Source: Takakia lepidozioides (Eukaryota > Plantae > Bryophyta). From it: a stretch of 64,000 nucleotides of DNA. Position 1 is the first letter of the stretch. Every line of letters begins with the position of its first letter. Below are positions 51,101 through 64,000 of the stretch, piece by piece. Location of the stretch: positions 46,934,001-46,998,000 of the forward strand of contig CM060732.1 in assembly GCA_030704615.1 (NCBI GenBank), written 5' to 3'. Below the pieces are notes generated by a model. The model did no database searches. It had not been told where the DNA came from and saw only the letters and a list, made by a program, of their open reading frames with translations. The translations under genes and the position numbers were made by a program.

Positions 51101-54100
51101 ACCTGAAGGTGTCTCTCATGCTCCTCCATCGTAACACTAAAGATGATGATGTCATCTATGTAGCACCGAGCAAAGTCCACTCCTGCTAGAATCCTATCCA
51201 TGACTCTCTGAACTCTGCAGCAGCATTCTTAAGCCCAAAGGTAAGAACCGCCACTGATATAGGCAATCCTTGCCGTGCTCATTGATCCCCCAGAATGTCG
51301 TCTTCTGCTTGTCCGCCTCCTTGATTGGCAACTGGTGATATCCGGATCGTAAATCCAAAGTGCTAAAGGCCTTAGCATGCCTGATGGCATCAAAGATCTC
51401 CTCTGGTGTTGGCATGGCATACTTATTGGACTTGGTCTGACGATTTACAGGCCGGTAATCACCGCACATACGTCTTTCCGTCCAATTGCCATAGACATCC
51501 TTCTTGGCTGGCATCACTGTGGCTGAAGCATACTCTCCACCAGAGAGCTCCACCAAATCTGCCTCCCAGAGATCTTGAGTCCTCATCTGAATCAAAAACC
51601 TCTCCATGTCACTGTATCTATAGGGTCTTCGAAAGATTGGCGTGTCAGTGGCCAACTCAATACGGATCTCTTGACCCTTCAGTGCTCCCAAGTCCTTCAA
51701 ACTGAAAGCAAAGCAATTCCTGTAAGCCCTCAGGAACCGCCGTATACGTCGTCTCTCTCCTCCGGTGACAATGGGTCCAATGTCAGGCTCCCAATTGTCC
51801 TCTGTAACTGCAACCTTAAGTCCAGTGGGCTTAGAGGTAGAGGACGCGTCCAGTGGTTGCTATGTTGCAACCTCTTGAGCAGTACTCCCTGCCTGCTCAG
51901 TCAATGACAAGGCCTCATTCTGCCCCATCATCTTATCCTTGAGGACCTCCTCAACCCGAGAAGAATCCCCAACCTCATCCATCACAGCCGCCTTGGCTGC
52001 CAACTCCCTCTGAACCTCGAGCACCTCCCACGTGTGCCATGGATGCATGCACCCCGTGGTCCTCACATGCTCACCCCCACTCACTGCCTGTACCGTCTCG
52101 GTAGGCAGAGAGACCATCGAGGGAAGTGTACTCCGCACTCTGCGTTGCTCAGCCAGAGCCAAGCTGATAATCCAGGTCAAGCAATTGAGATCCATTGTTT
52201 GCCCCAACACTTGACGACGTGATGCCTCAGAAAGAGACGACACCGCCATGGTACCAGTGGTAAAACCCATTGCCCGCTCACGCTCGTCAGCATTAGGCTC
52301 CACTAACTGCTGCAACTGAGCATCCCACAGGAGGCCAGGTCCACTATCCCAGAAAGCATGCGATCCTGGGAAGCTGAGCAGTGTAGGTAATGTTGCTCGT
52401 GGTTGACCCACCTTGTTGACCACTGCCAAAGGCGAACGGTCATCGTGTCTCACACGCTGAGACTGCCTCCCTGTGTCCAGAATGCTATCCACTGTGAGAT
52501 GTACTGGCCGCTGCACCCCATCAAATGCACGCTTGAGCAGTGCGGGTGGCATCAAGTTAGTCCACCATAGCCGTGGACGATGAGCCCGTGACCCCACTGT
52601 AGTTGCATCTAGCAACACTGCTGACCCAAGCCATGACCGGACTTGATGCACACTGGCCATCACCTTGGCCCGAGAATCGCCTATCAGCGGCACATTCTCC
52701 AAGATGTATGCTGGAGATACAGCTTGATGAAGCTGCAAGTGGCGCAAAACCCGCATCATCTCCCAAAACAGACCCGACCTCGAGTCTCGCAATCCATTGC
52801 CATGCCCGGCTGATGAATGCCCTTGGCAGGGCCAACCTACCACTACCAGATCAATGGAGCCAACCCGCTCCAAATCCTGCACCCCTATCAACGAAATGTC
52901 TGCTGGCAAGGCCTACTGATATCCACGAATTGCAAACACCGACAACAACTCAAGGTACCGCTACACCAACTGAGCAACATGGCGAAGTGAAATGCGTCGT
53001 GCAGTCTCATCCCTCTCCTCATACAGGTAACGCCGAACTCGTACACCTGCTTGTAATACAGCAGCCAATCCGGTGCTGATCCCGCCAAACAAGTCCAGAA
53101 GACAAATGCCTTCATCCGGATACTGCCACACAATAGGTGTGGTGTCCAATGGAGACAACTGAGGTGGTCCTTGTGCAATCCCCGCACTCTCCTCCTCTCC
53201 TGACGGTACAAAAGCCTCTACCCAGGCTTGTTGCACCCGTCGATCAGCATCCCGCTGCAAATCCTTGCTCGTGCCCCACAATGGAGTCTGAGCAACCATG
53301 GTAGGCAACTCCGCCATACCATACATGTCATCCTGCTCTCCCGGAGGTGGCACATCCTCTGAATGAGCGTTGCCCTCAAGCAACTCTCTAGGCCAACTCA
53401 CTGCCGCTGTGAATGCTGCTAGTGTCGGCATCTTGCCTCGTTGGGCAACCGCAACTCCTTCTATGAACGTCACAGGGAGCTGCACACGCCGGCCCTCCCC
53501 TGACTGCCATGCAGGCCTATAGGAAGCTGACTCCTCCCAAAAATCCAGGGTGAAGCCCATGGGGTACAACACTGCCCACCAACCAGGACATCGTATGAGA
53601 CCGCGTCTGTCACAATGGCCTTGGCTCGCATCACTGAGCCATCTGTAGGGTGATCCGGCCGTAGTCTGATAGCCAACTCACGCCGTGTCATGCCCCGAGC
53701 CTGCTCCGATCCTCCCAGAGACGTCTGTATCTGGAAAGGACAAGGCTCCATATCCGCCTCCGTGAGGCCCAAGCTTGCAATAGCAGCTCTGCCCAGCATC
53801 AATGGCTGAGCTCCCGAGTTCAACAAGACCCGCAGTGGCCGGTACCTCTTGCCTGCCGGTCCACTCAAACAGAAAATGCCATCCTGGTTGTCTAACATGA
53901 CAACTCCAGGTGTCACCATGGCGCGCTCAATGGCTGGCCTAGCTGGCAGCTCCATCAACCTGGCAGCTGCAGCTTGCCATGGCGCCGCCGTGGCAGTCTT
54001 GACCCTCAAATCCGAGGATCCCTCCGGCACTACACCTCCCACTATCTCCGCAGAAGATGAAGTAACCTCCCCACTCTCACAGAGTGTAGCTGCCAGCCTG

Positions 54101-56699
54101 AACACCTCAGCTGGTCTTACCCCCGGCGTCGCAATCATGGTAGCTGAGAACAATGGAGCCTGGCATACAGATGTGGCCGCTCCTAGCAGCACACTAGCTG
54201 CCGTAGCCTTGGCAACACTAGGTAGTGGTGCTACCCGTGTAGCTCTCCCCAATGGCATAGTAACCTCCGCCTCGGTAACAGTCGGGCGAGAACTAGGTGC
54301 CATGGACTGACTCCGCCAATGTGAATGACTGAGGAAGCCTAGCCTGACGGCTTGCCTTCTCACGCTGTGGATCCAACTCCACCTCTGCACCTCGTGGCTC
54401 AGAACTCGTGCTGCTCCTCGAGTCACGGCTGCAGCAGACTCCACCTGCACTAGTGGTAGTGCTGCTCCACACATGAATCCCATGCCTCCCATATCTCCTC
54501 CCTCAGGAGCAGGAGGTGGACCATCCGGCCTTAGAGCCGGTACCACTTGAGCTGTAGCCATGGCAGCGAGCCTCTGCTCTAGCTGCTGAAACCGGTTGGC
54601 CATGCCTTGGTCAACCCCCTAACCTCCGCGTCCTTGGCCATGTTGAGCTTGCCCTTGGCCTGCACCTCGTGGCTGGCCACCTCGTCCTCTCTGAGCTGCT
54701 CCACCTCGCCTCCGGCCACCATTGTTCCCTTGGAACTGGCTTGGGCGCAACTCAGGATGCAAACCATAACACTGGGCCTCTCCATGCCCGTGCTTGCCAC
54801 AATGCCCACACTGCAACTGTGCAGGCTGTGCATGTGCCGGCCCTTTGCCTCCCTCTGGGCAATCCTTCTTGACATGGGGTCCTCCACATGTCCAGCACAC
54901 CACATCCGCCCGTTGTTGGCTAGCAAATGAAGGGAGAGACCCCTGCATCTGAGGTCCTCTCTGCCCTTCCCTGAGCTTCACCTGAGCTCCCTTGTTGCCT
55001 TGAGCACGTTGAGGTAGTGGTTGGCTAGGAACACCACTACCCCGTGGTGTCTCCTTAGCAAATCCCACCATGACCACTCGTTCCTCCACCATGTTGAGCT
55101 CTATCCGCTCTGCCAGCAAAAACACATTTGCTAAGGTGGGTTGGGCCGCTTGTAGGAGAGTTGCATCCCGCACCCTTCTCCTCAGCTCCTTGTCCAATAT
55201 CCCATACCAGAATTGGACTGTCTGAGCTTCCGTAACCCCTTGGGTTACATTTATCAAGCGCCTCATGCGAGTGAAAGCCTCCCTCAAGCTCTCGGTCGGC
55301 TTCCGTTGGAACTCTTGCAAGCTCCGCAACTTCTCTGTCCTCACCCCTTGGTAGTTCCCTCTCAACTCTTCGAAGAACTCCACAACAGGGTTGAAGGCAG
55401 GCACGGGTGCTAGTGCTGGTGCGGTAGTGGCTTGGGTGGACGTCGTAGCTACTGTACCACCAGTCCCACTAGTCCCACTGCTACTTGCTGAAGCTGCCGG
55501 TGCAGCGGCAGGTGTAGCCACTGCCCTCGTGGCTCTAGTGCCCCTAGTGATGGAGACATAGTCGGGTGACCAGTACATCCTCCACTCCTCGATCTCAACC
55601 TCATGCCCCCGCCTGAACTCATGGTAATCATCCATAGGCGGCCCCTCAAGGTGCTGAAACAACCCCTTCCATGCCATGAAAGGCGTAAATAGTTGTGGAT
55701 TGCGCATTTGCTGCAAATCACACCAACTATCAAACTCTTGGATAAAATCATCCAACTCGATGGTGCCCACCGCCCCAGAGTACCTTCGTGGCCCCTTGGT
55801 AGCTCCATACATCTCCTCCATTGTGTCCCACAACAATGGCAAAGAAACAACTTGCACCGCCGGTATGAGTCCTCCTGATTCACAATCCGAATCAGAACCT
55901 TCCGTAGAAACACAGGAGGTGAAGGTGGCCTAAACTGCACACCTCGTCTCGTGTACCCACTAGTATCGCTAGTGCTCGAACCGGCATTGTCCCCAGCAAC
56001 TAGTGGCACCTCCGTGTTGACACTCAACCGGTCATGAACATGTCCCTAACCCCCTCTCCACAAGGTAACCGGGTAGAGAACATGTTGCGGCTTATGGTTT
56101 GGAATACTAAGTTCCTAACATAGCCGACACCTGTACCTGCATCCACCGCAAGCACTCCTATGGTTGGCTGGTCATCACCTCCAACCTCACCACAGGAGAA
56201 ACAATGATGGTCTGGCTGGTCATCACCCCAACCTCACCATCGACAGCATGCTCTAGGACTGGCCGGTGATCAAATCCGGACCAATCACCTATAAAAACAA
56301 GCGCCCACACAAAACTAGCATGGCGCACAGTCAAGCATGCAGGTATGGAGGGGATCCAAACACAAGAAATCAGAACGACAACTCCCCCACACCAAAAACA
56401 ACTCCACGGTGTTGCTCCTGCAATGACACCCCAGCCCAAACTCGGACTGACTCTTGCCTCCACCTACGGAAAGGTCTTGGCCTAATGAGAGGGTGGAAAC
56501 TACGAGGAAGAGAAGCTAAAGCAATGCCTAACCCCAGCATGCCCTCATCCCAATACTCTTCCTCTCCTCTCTTCCCTCACTTGCATGACCATGGGAATAT
56601 CATGAAGATACTCCTCAAACCGCCCTCCACGAGCTTCAAAATTCGGCCTTCAAGACCACATGCCAGTCCTTAGGCAGTCCACCAGTGCCTCCACGAGTC

Positions 56700-57300
56700 T
56701 GCACAGGCCGTCCACAGGTCAACACGGGCCACCACAGACCAACACAGGCCCACACAGCTCACTGGTCACAGCCGTCACAGTCCCACATGCCCCTGGGCAC
56801 AGCCTGTCACAGCCCCTCATAGCCCGTCAAAGCTCGCCACAGCCTATCACAGCCCGTCACAGCCCCACAGGCCACAAGGCACAGCCCGCCACAGCCCGTC
56901 ACAGCTCGCCACAGCCCCTCATAGCCCCAAAGGCCTCAGGCACGGCCTGACACAGCCCGTCACAGCCCGTCACAGCCCAAAAGGCCTCAGGCACGGCCTG
57001 TCACAGCCCCTCACAGCCCCTCACAGCCCCACAGGCCACTGGGCACAGCCTGTCACAGCCCCGCACAGCCCGTCGCAGCCCCACAGGCCACTGGGCACAG
57101 CCTGTCGCAGCCCACAGGCCACTGGGCATAGCTCCTCACAGCCCGTCACAGCCCCAAAGGCCTTAGGCACGGCCTGTCACAGCCCCTCACAGCCCGTCAC
57201 AGCCCCTCACAGCCCATCACAGCCCCAAAGGCCTCAGGCACGGCTTGTCACAGCCCGTCACAGCCCCACAGGCCACTGGGCACAGCCTGTCACAGCCCCA
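56700..57300. repeat. Minisatellite in the E4 leader (CACAGCCC-based units)
   Basis: Repeated CACAGCCCGT / CACAGCCCCT / CACAGCCTGT 10-mers with higher-order units. Confidence 0.9.
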
Positions 57301-58809
57301 TCCATGGCCGCTCTGGCAGTTTAGCCATTTCTCCAAGGGGTTTAGCCACGCCAAGCTAGGGTTTGTGTCTTTTGGACTCTAGGCTTCTTTCCACCGAGCT
57401 ATGGTGGCTATGAGGAAATCAGCAAGGTATTCTTGCTCTTTCGGCTCCCACACACCACCATAGTAGCCCTAAGCCATGAGGTGGTTGCCACAAACCAAGC
57501 CTTTTTTCTCACTTAGCCTCCCCAAACACGCCACTAAACTCAATGGCAAACAACCAAGCCCTGCTGGTTCCCAGCCCTTGTGAGCACTCATTCAAGCACT
57601 CTCCTTGGCCATAGCATCTATCTTAGAGCCTATTCCAGCCCCCTACACCTGCTGCTTCAAGAGTTGCGCTCCCTTCAAGCTTGAAGTTGAAACCCCAACT
57701 CACATAGGCCCTACAAGTGCTTTTCTTTCACTCCAAGTGGAAACCAGCCCTAGACCTTCCGTTCTAGCTCTCTAAAGCTTGAAAACAAGAGCCTCAATGG
57801 GTTGAAGGCATGCTCCACACATGCCCCACTCTCACCATAAGAGAATCAGCTCATTTGCTTCATTTCTTGCACCCACAAACCTGAAAATACAAGCTTCAGC
57901 AGGCTGAAAGCATGCTCCACATGCCCTACAGGGAAACCAGCCCCTTCCTTCCTTTCTTGCACTCTCACACCTGAAAGTGCAAGCCTTCACCAGGCTGATA
58001 GTATGCTCCACACATGCACATAAGGGAAGTCAGCCCTTCCCTCTTCCTTGCTTGCCCTCCAAGCTTGAAGATGGAAGCTTCAATGAGCTGAATACATGCT
58101 CCACACATGCAACCTCTTCACACACGAGATATCAGCCCCCTATCTTGGCTCCTTGGCTCCTTGATGCTCTCTAAGATAAGACTAAGCACCCCACAACCTT
58201 TGCCAAGCTCCTGAAACCCTAAGGCTTACATTTCCAGCCACAATACATTTCTCTTGTGGTGCAAGAGCTCTTCTTCCAAGCTCTGAAACCCTAGGTGCAC
58301 ATTCCATGGCCTTGCCGCACCTCTTAGCTCCTGTTCCAGCCCTGCTCTTGCCATGACAAGAGCCCTCTCAATGTTGAAGCTCGAGATTGAAACCCAATCT
58401 CACCATACTCCACAAAGTGCACTGATTTGCCCCAAGCCAAATCAGCCCTATCACTTGGTCTTGCAATCCTTCACACAATGAAAGCTCGCATTCCCAAGTC
58501 CAGTTCTCAACTTTGCCACCAAAGCCACTATAACCTGCTTTTGACTGGTCCTCTTCCCAATCGTGCTTGCTCATGCATGTACACAATCTGAAACCATCAA
58601 GGTGCTCTGGAATTACCTGCAGCATGGTGCTTTCATCTCTGAAGCTGAAGATCGAATGCCAAGGTCTACCACCTCGTAACCCACATCGCCTCCGCTTCTA
58701 ACAACCAAGAGCTCCACGGTGCTCCTTGCATAACAACTTGGTTTCTCTCATTCTCAAGCAAAAACCACAAGTGCTACAACTAACTCGTATCTGGCACTCA
58801 CAGATACGA

Positions 58810-58825
58810 GCTCATCTTTCTCGAG
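58810..58825 (-). promoter_or_regulatory. E4 self-complementary primer-binding site
   Basis: CTCGAGAAAGATGAGC after A1 pairs with GCTCATCTTTCTCGAG (58981-58996, minus strand). Confidence 0.8.
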
Positions 58826-60809
58826 TGATAAAGAAGAAGAATACAAGCACGAGCTCACAAATCTGAAGCATAAACTCATGCATATATAACCTCATCACTC
58901 AAATACAAGTCAAGCCAAGTGCTCCCCACGCCATGGGGAATCCACACTACGGCGCCATAGCTAGGCGCGGTGAGGCTCAACTCGAGAAAGATGAGCCTCC
59001 CGCGCTTGCCGTGAAGATAACCACTCCAGGGCCTAAATCTGCCTTGACCCCTGGATTGACACTTGGGCCAATCCCAAATGTCAATATGTAAAAGCTAGCT
59101 ATTTCCTAGCTAATTTCACACTAGTGGTAAAATAACTTGACAACTCCGTCAATGCACTGATAGAAGTCACATGAAAGAAGAAGATTACTAGAACATTTGG
59201 AAACTACCCTATGGGAGGAGAAAGACAATCCAAACATCTTCAACTCTGACTGTTATATTGACACATCAGACATCAAGGTCCATGATACTGACAAAGACGC
59301 AGTCGAAGAGCCTGTTGATCCACGCGCATTTGCAGTCGTAATGACCTCGAACATCCACAAACAACGTGAATCCACATCTCCTTTCCCATTGTCCAATTTT
59401 CAAGGAGACGGTAGTGGTTGAGATGTGATGTTTCAGGAGGTGCATCTGGATGTTTGAGGACCTTCGGACTGGATCCTGTTCCGTTCATACTCTCCACGGT
59501 TCCCAGACATGTGGTGGCAGAGACGTCCCCCCCTGAACAGTCTCATCGGTGGACATAAATTCTGCAATGTATACACGCCCCCAAGTGCATATGCTTCCGC
59601 GATTTCCGCTATCGTGTTACCAATGGTTTCCTGCTCCATACGAAGGAGCTCGGACTCGGACACACACCACAAACCGTAAACGCATGCAATTTTTCCACAT
59701 ATCGTCCTAAAAAATAAGCACGTCAACACAAAACGAAGGCGAAAATAGTGGAAGCATATGCACGATGGTGGCTGTAGAGCCCCGCCAGCCCTCTCATGTT
59801 CAGGCACACCCTTCATGGTCAATAAAATCGCCATAAACAAGGACGAGTTCGTGGCAGGGTGTTACGATCTTCCATGCCCTAAACATGGATGGCGCGGGTG
59901 GGTTTCTCAGAATGAACGATCCAGATCCTTCGGCCGACGCGGATTGACAGACTGGCAGACTGGGGGGCAGTAGACGGGCACAACAGACTGTTGGATGGAC
60001 TTGCGGGGACTGACACAGCGGACTGGCGTGCACAGCAGACTGGCGGCTTGGCGGATTGAGGGGAACTGGACTCACGGGCAGCGGACTGGCGGGCAACCTG
60101 GCCACGCCGGACTGGTGGCGCGGCGGAGCGCGGGCGGGGCTGCCGCGGGCGCGGCTGGTGGGGCCGTGGCAGCAGGTGGGCGACCGCGCGCAACGGCGGG
60201 CGGGGGTGGGGTCCGGGTGGGGAAGCCGGGCATCTGTGCGCGGGGCCCACCGGTCAGCGCCATAACGTCCCAATTATTGTAAAATGACAGGCTAAATAAA
60301 ACATGGATAAAATTGGTGGTCAAACCAAGTTTTTCCATGAATTTTTTCATGATCCTACAAATAGGGGGTCACTCCCACATTATAATCTGCTCATTTCAAC
60401 GTTGGAATAGAGATGTAAAATTTTTGACCATTTGTATGATGTAGTTACTGACAACATTGTCCGGTTCATCCACATGAATGAACTTTGGCAACAAGATACA
60501 TCCACTCGAGTTAGCCCATGTCATGTTTTTTAAAAACATAGCAAAAAAGCTCTGCGTCCTTTAGGGGTTAAACTATCTTACGAAAAGCAGAATTTTGTTC
60601 CTATACATAGGTTTAAGACAACTTTGAGCTTCAACAAGGAATCAAATAGTTCGAAATCTCATCTTTTGTGAGAGAGGGAAATAACAAACATGAAATTTAA
60701 GCATGAAATTTAAGGTGAGTCCACAAAACCAGTAGCGTGAGGATGGGGTACATGCTTTTACTCGCTTCTCCAAATCCCTCAAAAGTGCATTCTCCATGTC
60801 AGCAATACG

Positions 60810-60905
60810 CAACCCCCTGCTCAAATACTTTCAAGCAACATTTCAACAGCATCTCAACCCCCCTGCTCAAATACTTTCAAGCAACATTTCAACAACATCT
60901 CAACG
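60810..60905. repeat. Two-copy tandem repeat of about 45 bp
   Basis: CAACCCCCCTGCTCAAATACTTTCAAGCAACATTTCAAC occurs twice. Confidence 0.85.
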
Positions 60906-61214
60906 CAAGATAGGCAAATCAATCCTTGCCTCAAGAAGATTGGAGATGCTTCTTTTCTCTCTCTCCCAAAAACAAAGAAAACAGCTACCTACGAGTAAGT
61001 CCAAAGATACCAAACCCGCGGTTCAGGAGATACGTACTTGTGCTATCTATACGTAGTTTAAGGGCCGGGGTAGAAAAGGGGATATGGTCATGTTATTCAC
61101 CTGAAGCCTGGGCTACGAAATCTTAAGCCCGGGTTCGCCATGCACGCTGCCGCAAGTAGGGCACCACAAGCATCTTGAATCGATCTTGCTTTACTCACTT
61201 CCCCTAAACACCCA

Positions 61215-61530
61215 AAATCCAATGTGCACCAATCTTCATACCTAAATGTCAGTGCGATTCACCAACCCCATTGCACACATGCTTTCTCGCCATGCCTGCA
61301 TCTCAAACCCCAACAACAAATCCAATGCGCACCAATCTTCCCCTACATAGCCTAATGTCAGTGCGATTCGCCAACCCCATTGCACACATACTTTCTCGCC
61401 ATGCCTGCATCTCAAACCCCAACCAAAAATGCAATGCGCACCAATCTTCCCCTACATAATTGTCAAGTGCGATTCAACACCCCATTGCACACATGCTTTC
61501 TCGCCATGCCTGCATCTCAAACCCCAACCA
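61215..61530. repeat. Three-copy tandem repeat of about 105-110 bp
   Basis: GTGCGATTC...CCCCATTGCACACATGCTTTCTCGCCATGCCTGCATCTCAAACCCCAAC occurs three times. Confidence 0.85.
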
Positions 61531-62571
61531 CTCCAACCCTACCGCTCCTTTGCTGGCAGCTGAAATCATAGTTAGATTGCAGCCACGCCTTTCGTGCCTC
61601 CAAATGTCTCGCACATCATAAACTCTCCCACGCGCAGCCTCGCAGCCCGCCATTGGCCCGGATAAAGAGCGAAAATAATTGCCGGCCTGTCACTTTCCTG
61701 CCAGCCTGGCCACCACTCACGTAATTTGGTTCTTGTTTTTAGTAATAAAAATGTTTTGCTGGAAGAGGACAAGGGCCAAGGCGCGTGTCGTCGTGGCGGT
61801 CGATAACCTCACACGCACAGCTGCTCGCGCTCCACCAGCACCAGCCTCGCCCGCCATGGAGCCTCGCTCCCCTGTTGCATCTCTCATCGCCCGGACTCGT
61901 CAGCCGTATGTGCGCTAGCAGCAGCTGGATCCGTAGTTTGTCTCCCGTTTTGAGGATCTGGAAGCAGGAACCCGGCTTGATCTGCAGCTTGTTCGGTGGT
62001 GTCATCGGAAAATTGCGCGGAGCTAGAGTAGCATTTTATTGTTGTTTCCTCCTTTAGCTGGTTGGAGAACGTGCGCTGATGGTGGCCGGAGGGAATGCTT
62101 AGATCCCTTTTGTTGTTTTGAGGTTCGGCCTTTGTATGAATTCCGAGTACCTACTTGTGTAGTTGTATCCTTCTGAGGTTTCAGAGTTTTGTCGGCCTCG
62201 GTGTGAAGTGGATCTTGTCATCGGCGTAGGGGTGTAGTGCCGTGGTCCTGTTTCGGCAGCAGGTGAGTAGTGGCTGAATCGTTCTCATCGCCGTTCGTGC
62301 CTCGGAGCTTTTCTGGTGTGCGGAGTGAAGCTAAGTTGAGGTAATTATAGGGTATTAGCACGTTTCTTTTCTGTGGTGGTGGACTTGATTGCTGCCTGAG
62401 ATTGCTGAGGACTGAATGGGAGTTGCATTATTCAGATCTTTTAAGTGTCTACTATCTTGTCGACCTGTCGAAGTCGTTCTCTTGCTCTTTTGAAGGGATG
62501 ACGAAGATGATTGTCTTCGGTTAGTGTCTTCTGTGTTGCTCTAACTTGTGGACTATTCCTCTTTGCAGGCA

Positions 62572-63874
62572 ATGGCGCCTCGCAAGCTAAGGAAGGCGCT
62601 GGGGGCTGTAAAGGATCAGACCAGCATAGCTATTGCAAATGTAGGCGGCACAAAAGCCCCAGATCTTGACATTGCCTTGGTAAAGGCTACCAGCCACGAT
62701 GAGAGTCCTGTGGATGATAAATATGTACAGGAGATTTTGCATCTGACCTCCTACTCACGGGGCTATGTGGCTGCATGTGTGGCCGGACTGGGCAAGCGGC
62801 TGGGGAAGACACATAACTGGATTGTGGCTCTTAAGACCCTCATTCTCATACATCGTCTGCTGCGGGAGGGGGATCCTAGTTTTGAGCAAGAGCTTCTGAG
62901 ACGTGGTATGCGTATGTTGAATCTTTCACACTTTAGAGATGACTCGCATTCCAATGCATGGGACTATTCTGCGTTCGTGCGCACCTATGCTCTGTTTCTT
63001 GATGAGCGTTTGGACTCGTCTGTCCCTGGTACACCCCTAGACAAGCGCCGATATGGCTATGAAAGATCCCCTACCAGGTCAAGCCATGGCACATCTCCAG
63101 GTGGTGACCGCAGATCTAGCTATGTGACATCCCCTGGCAGTCGTGATGATTCGGGCTACACCTACAGCGACCGTCCCTCACCTGGATATGAGGAGCGGAG
63201 ACACAGCTTCGACGGTGGTCGATCATCCCCTGGCGACTACCGCGACCGCAGGCTTGGTGAGGAGGATAAACGGGATAGAGAGGATGTGGCTATAAAGGAA
63301 ATGAAAGTGCAAGATTTGCTGGACAAACTTCCCATTTTGCAGCGGCTGATGGATCGCGTGCTGGGATGCCGCCCCACAGGTGCTGCCAAAAGCAACCGGC
63401 TGGTGCAGATTGCATTGTACCCGATGGTGAGGGAGAGCTTTCAGCTGTACTCAGATATATGTGACGGCATCACCATACTTCTAGACAAATTCTTTGACAT
63501 GGAACAGCCCAATTGTATCAAAACATTTGAGATTTATAACCGCACTGCCAAGCAAGGGGAAGAGCTTGCGTCTTTTTATGGCATATGCAAAAATTTCGGT
63601 ATCGGTCGGTCTTCTGAGTATCCTACAGTACAGAAGGTTTCGCAAGAGCATTTGGACACGTTGGAAGACTTTCTAAGGGATCGCTCACGGGCGCCAGCTA
63701 GCTCTCAGAGATCTAAAAGTCCAGAGCCTCAGCCCCTGCAGCTGACCTACAGGCCCCAAACACCTGAGCAGGAACCTGAAGCTAGCAGCCACACAGCAGA
63801 CATCCATGTTGAAGCCTCTCCTCCAAGAGACGTACCTCAAGTACAGCCTGTGCCTGTGCCTGTGCATGAAGGAG
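62572..63874 (+). CDS. ANTH-domain clathrin assembly protein (AP180/PICALM-like), first coding exon; continues beyond the window
   Basis: LRKALGAVKDQTSI, KATSHDE, KTHNWIVALKTLILIHRLL, WDYSAFVRTYALFLDERL; ATG follows a TTGCAG acceptor (5' UTR intron, likely donor at 62263); GTAAT donor at 63875. Confidence 0.93.
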
Positions 63875-64000
63875 GTAATATTGTGGTTTTGAAAGCAATT
63901 TGCACAGTTGTGGGCAGTAATGTGCCTTTGTTTCTATGTACCTATGAGTAGATCAAAATTGTCATCTTCTGCCCCCTGAGTCTCTGGTGATGATTCAACC

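Larger units (their letters stand above)
48184..59142 (-). mobile_element. E4: DNMT/PHD Gypsy element with split direct repeats and both termini; RNase H deleted
   Basis: TSD ACTC at 48180-48183 and 59143-59146; A1 58826-59142, B1 48680-48855, A2 48361-48677, B2 48184-48359; gag 54619-56027, DNMT about 52180-53107, TAG 51860-51862, RT, IN, PHD about 49125-49259. Confidence 0.95.

Overview
Intron-rich land-plant nuclear DNA, probably from a non-seed plant (taxon not determinable from sequence). Host genes frame the window: the 3' exons of gamma-tubulin (1-3766), a disrupted SURNod19-like gene (minus strand) and the start of an ANTH/clathrin-assembly gene (62572 onward). Between them lie about 50 kb of nested transposons. 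The dominant system is a Ty3/Gypsy-type retroelement family present four times: E1 (13146-16100, fragment), E2 (18758-31074), E3 (37562-44540, 5'-truncated) and E4 (48184-59142, minus strand). Its features are: (i) a DNMT3-like C5-cytosine methyltransferase between protease and RT; (ii) a conserved in-frame TAG-CAA-CCA readthrough-type signal between Gag-PR-DNMT and RT-RNaseH-IN; (iii) a PHD finger at the integrase C-terminus; (iv) a primer-binding site complementary to the element's own repeat, with a compensatory change between copies; (v) split direct repeats A...B-A-B instead of two LTRs, yet with a DDE integrase and 4-bp TSDs, the layout expected if a 2-LTR circle is opened at an internal CA-nn-TG junction. 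Also present are a Mutator-like transposase with palindrome arrays, a Ulp1-like gene interrupted by E4, a Copia remnant, a miniature LTR element (TRIM) with a tRNA-derived segment in its LTR, and captured gene fragments (ribosomal P-protein C-terminus, PPR, OSB). All calls come from motif recognition and by-eye alignment; no searches were run, and some single-base frameshifts could be assembly errors.
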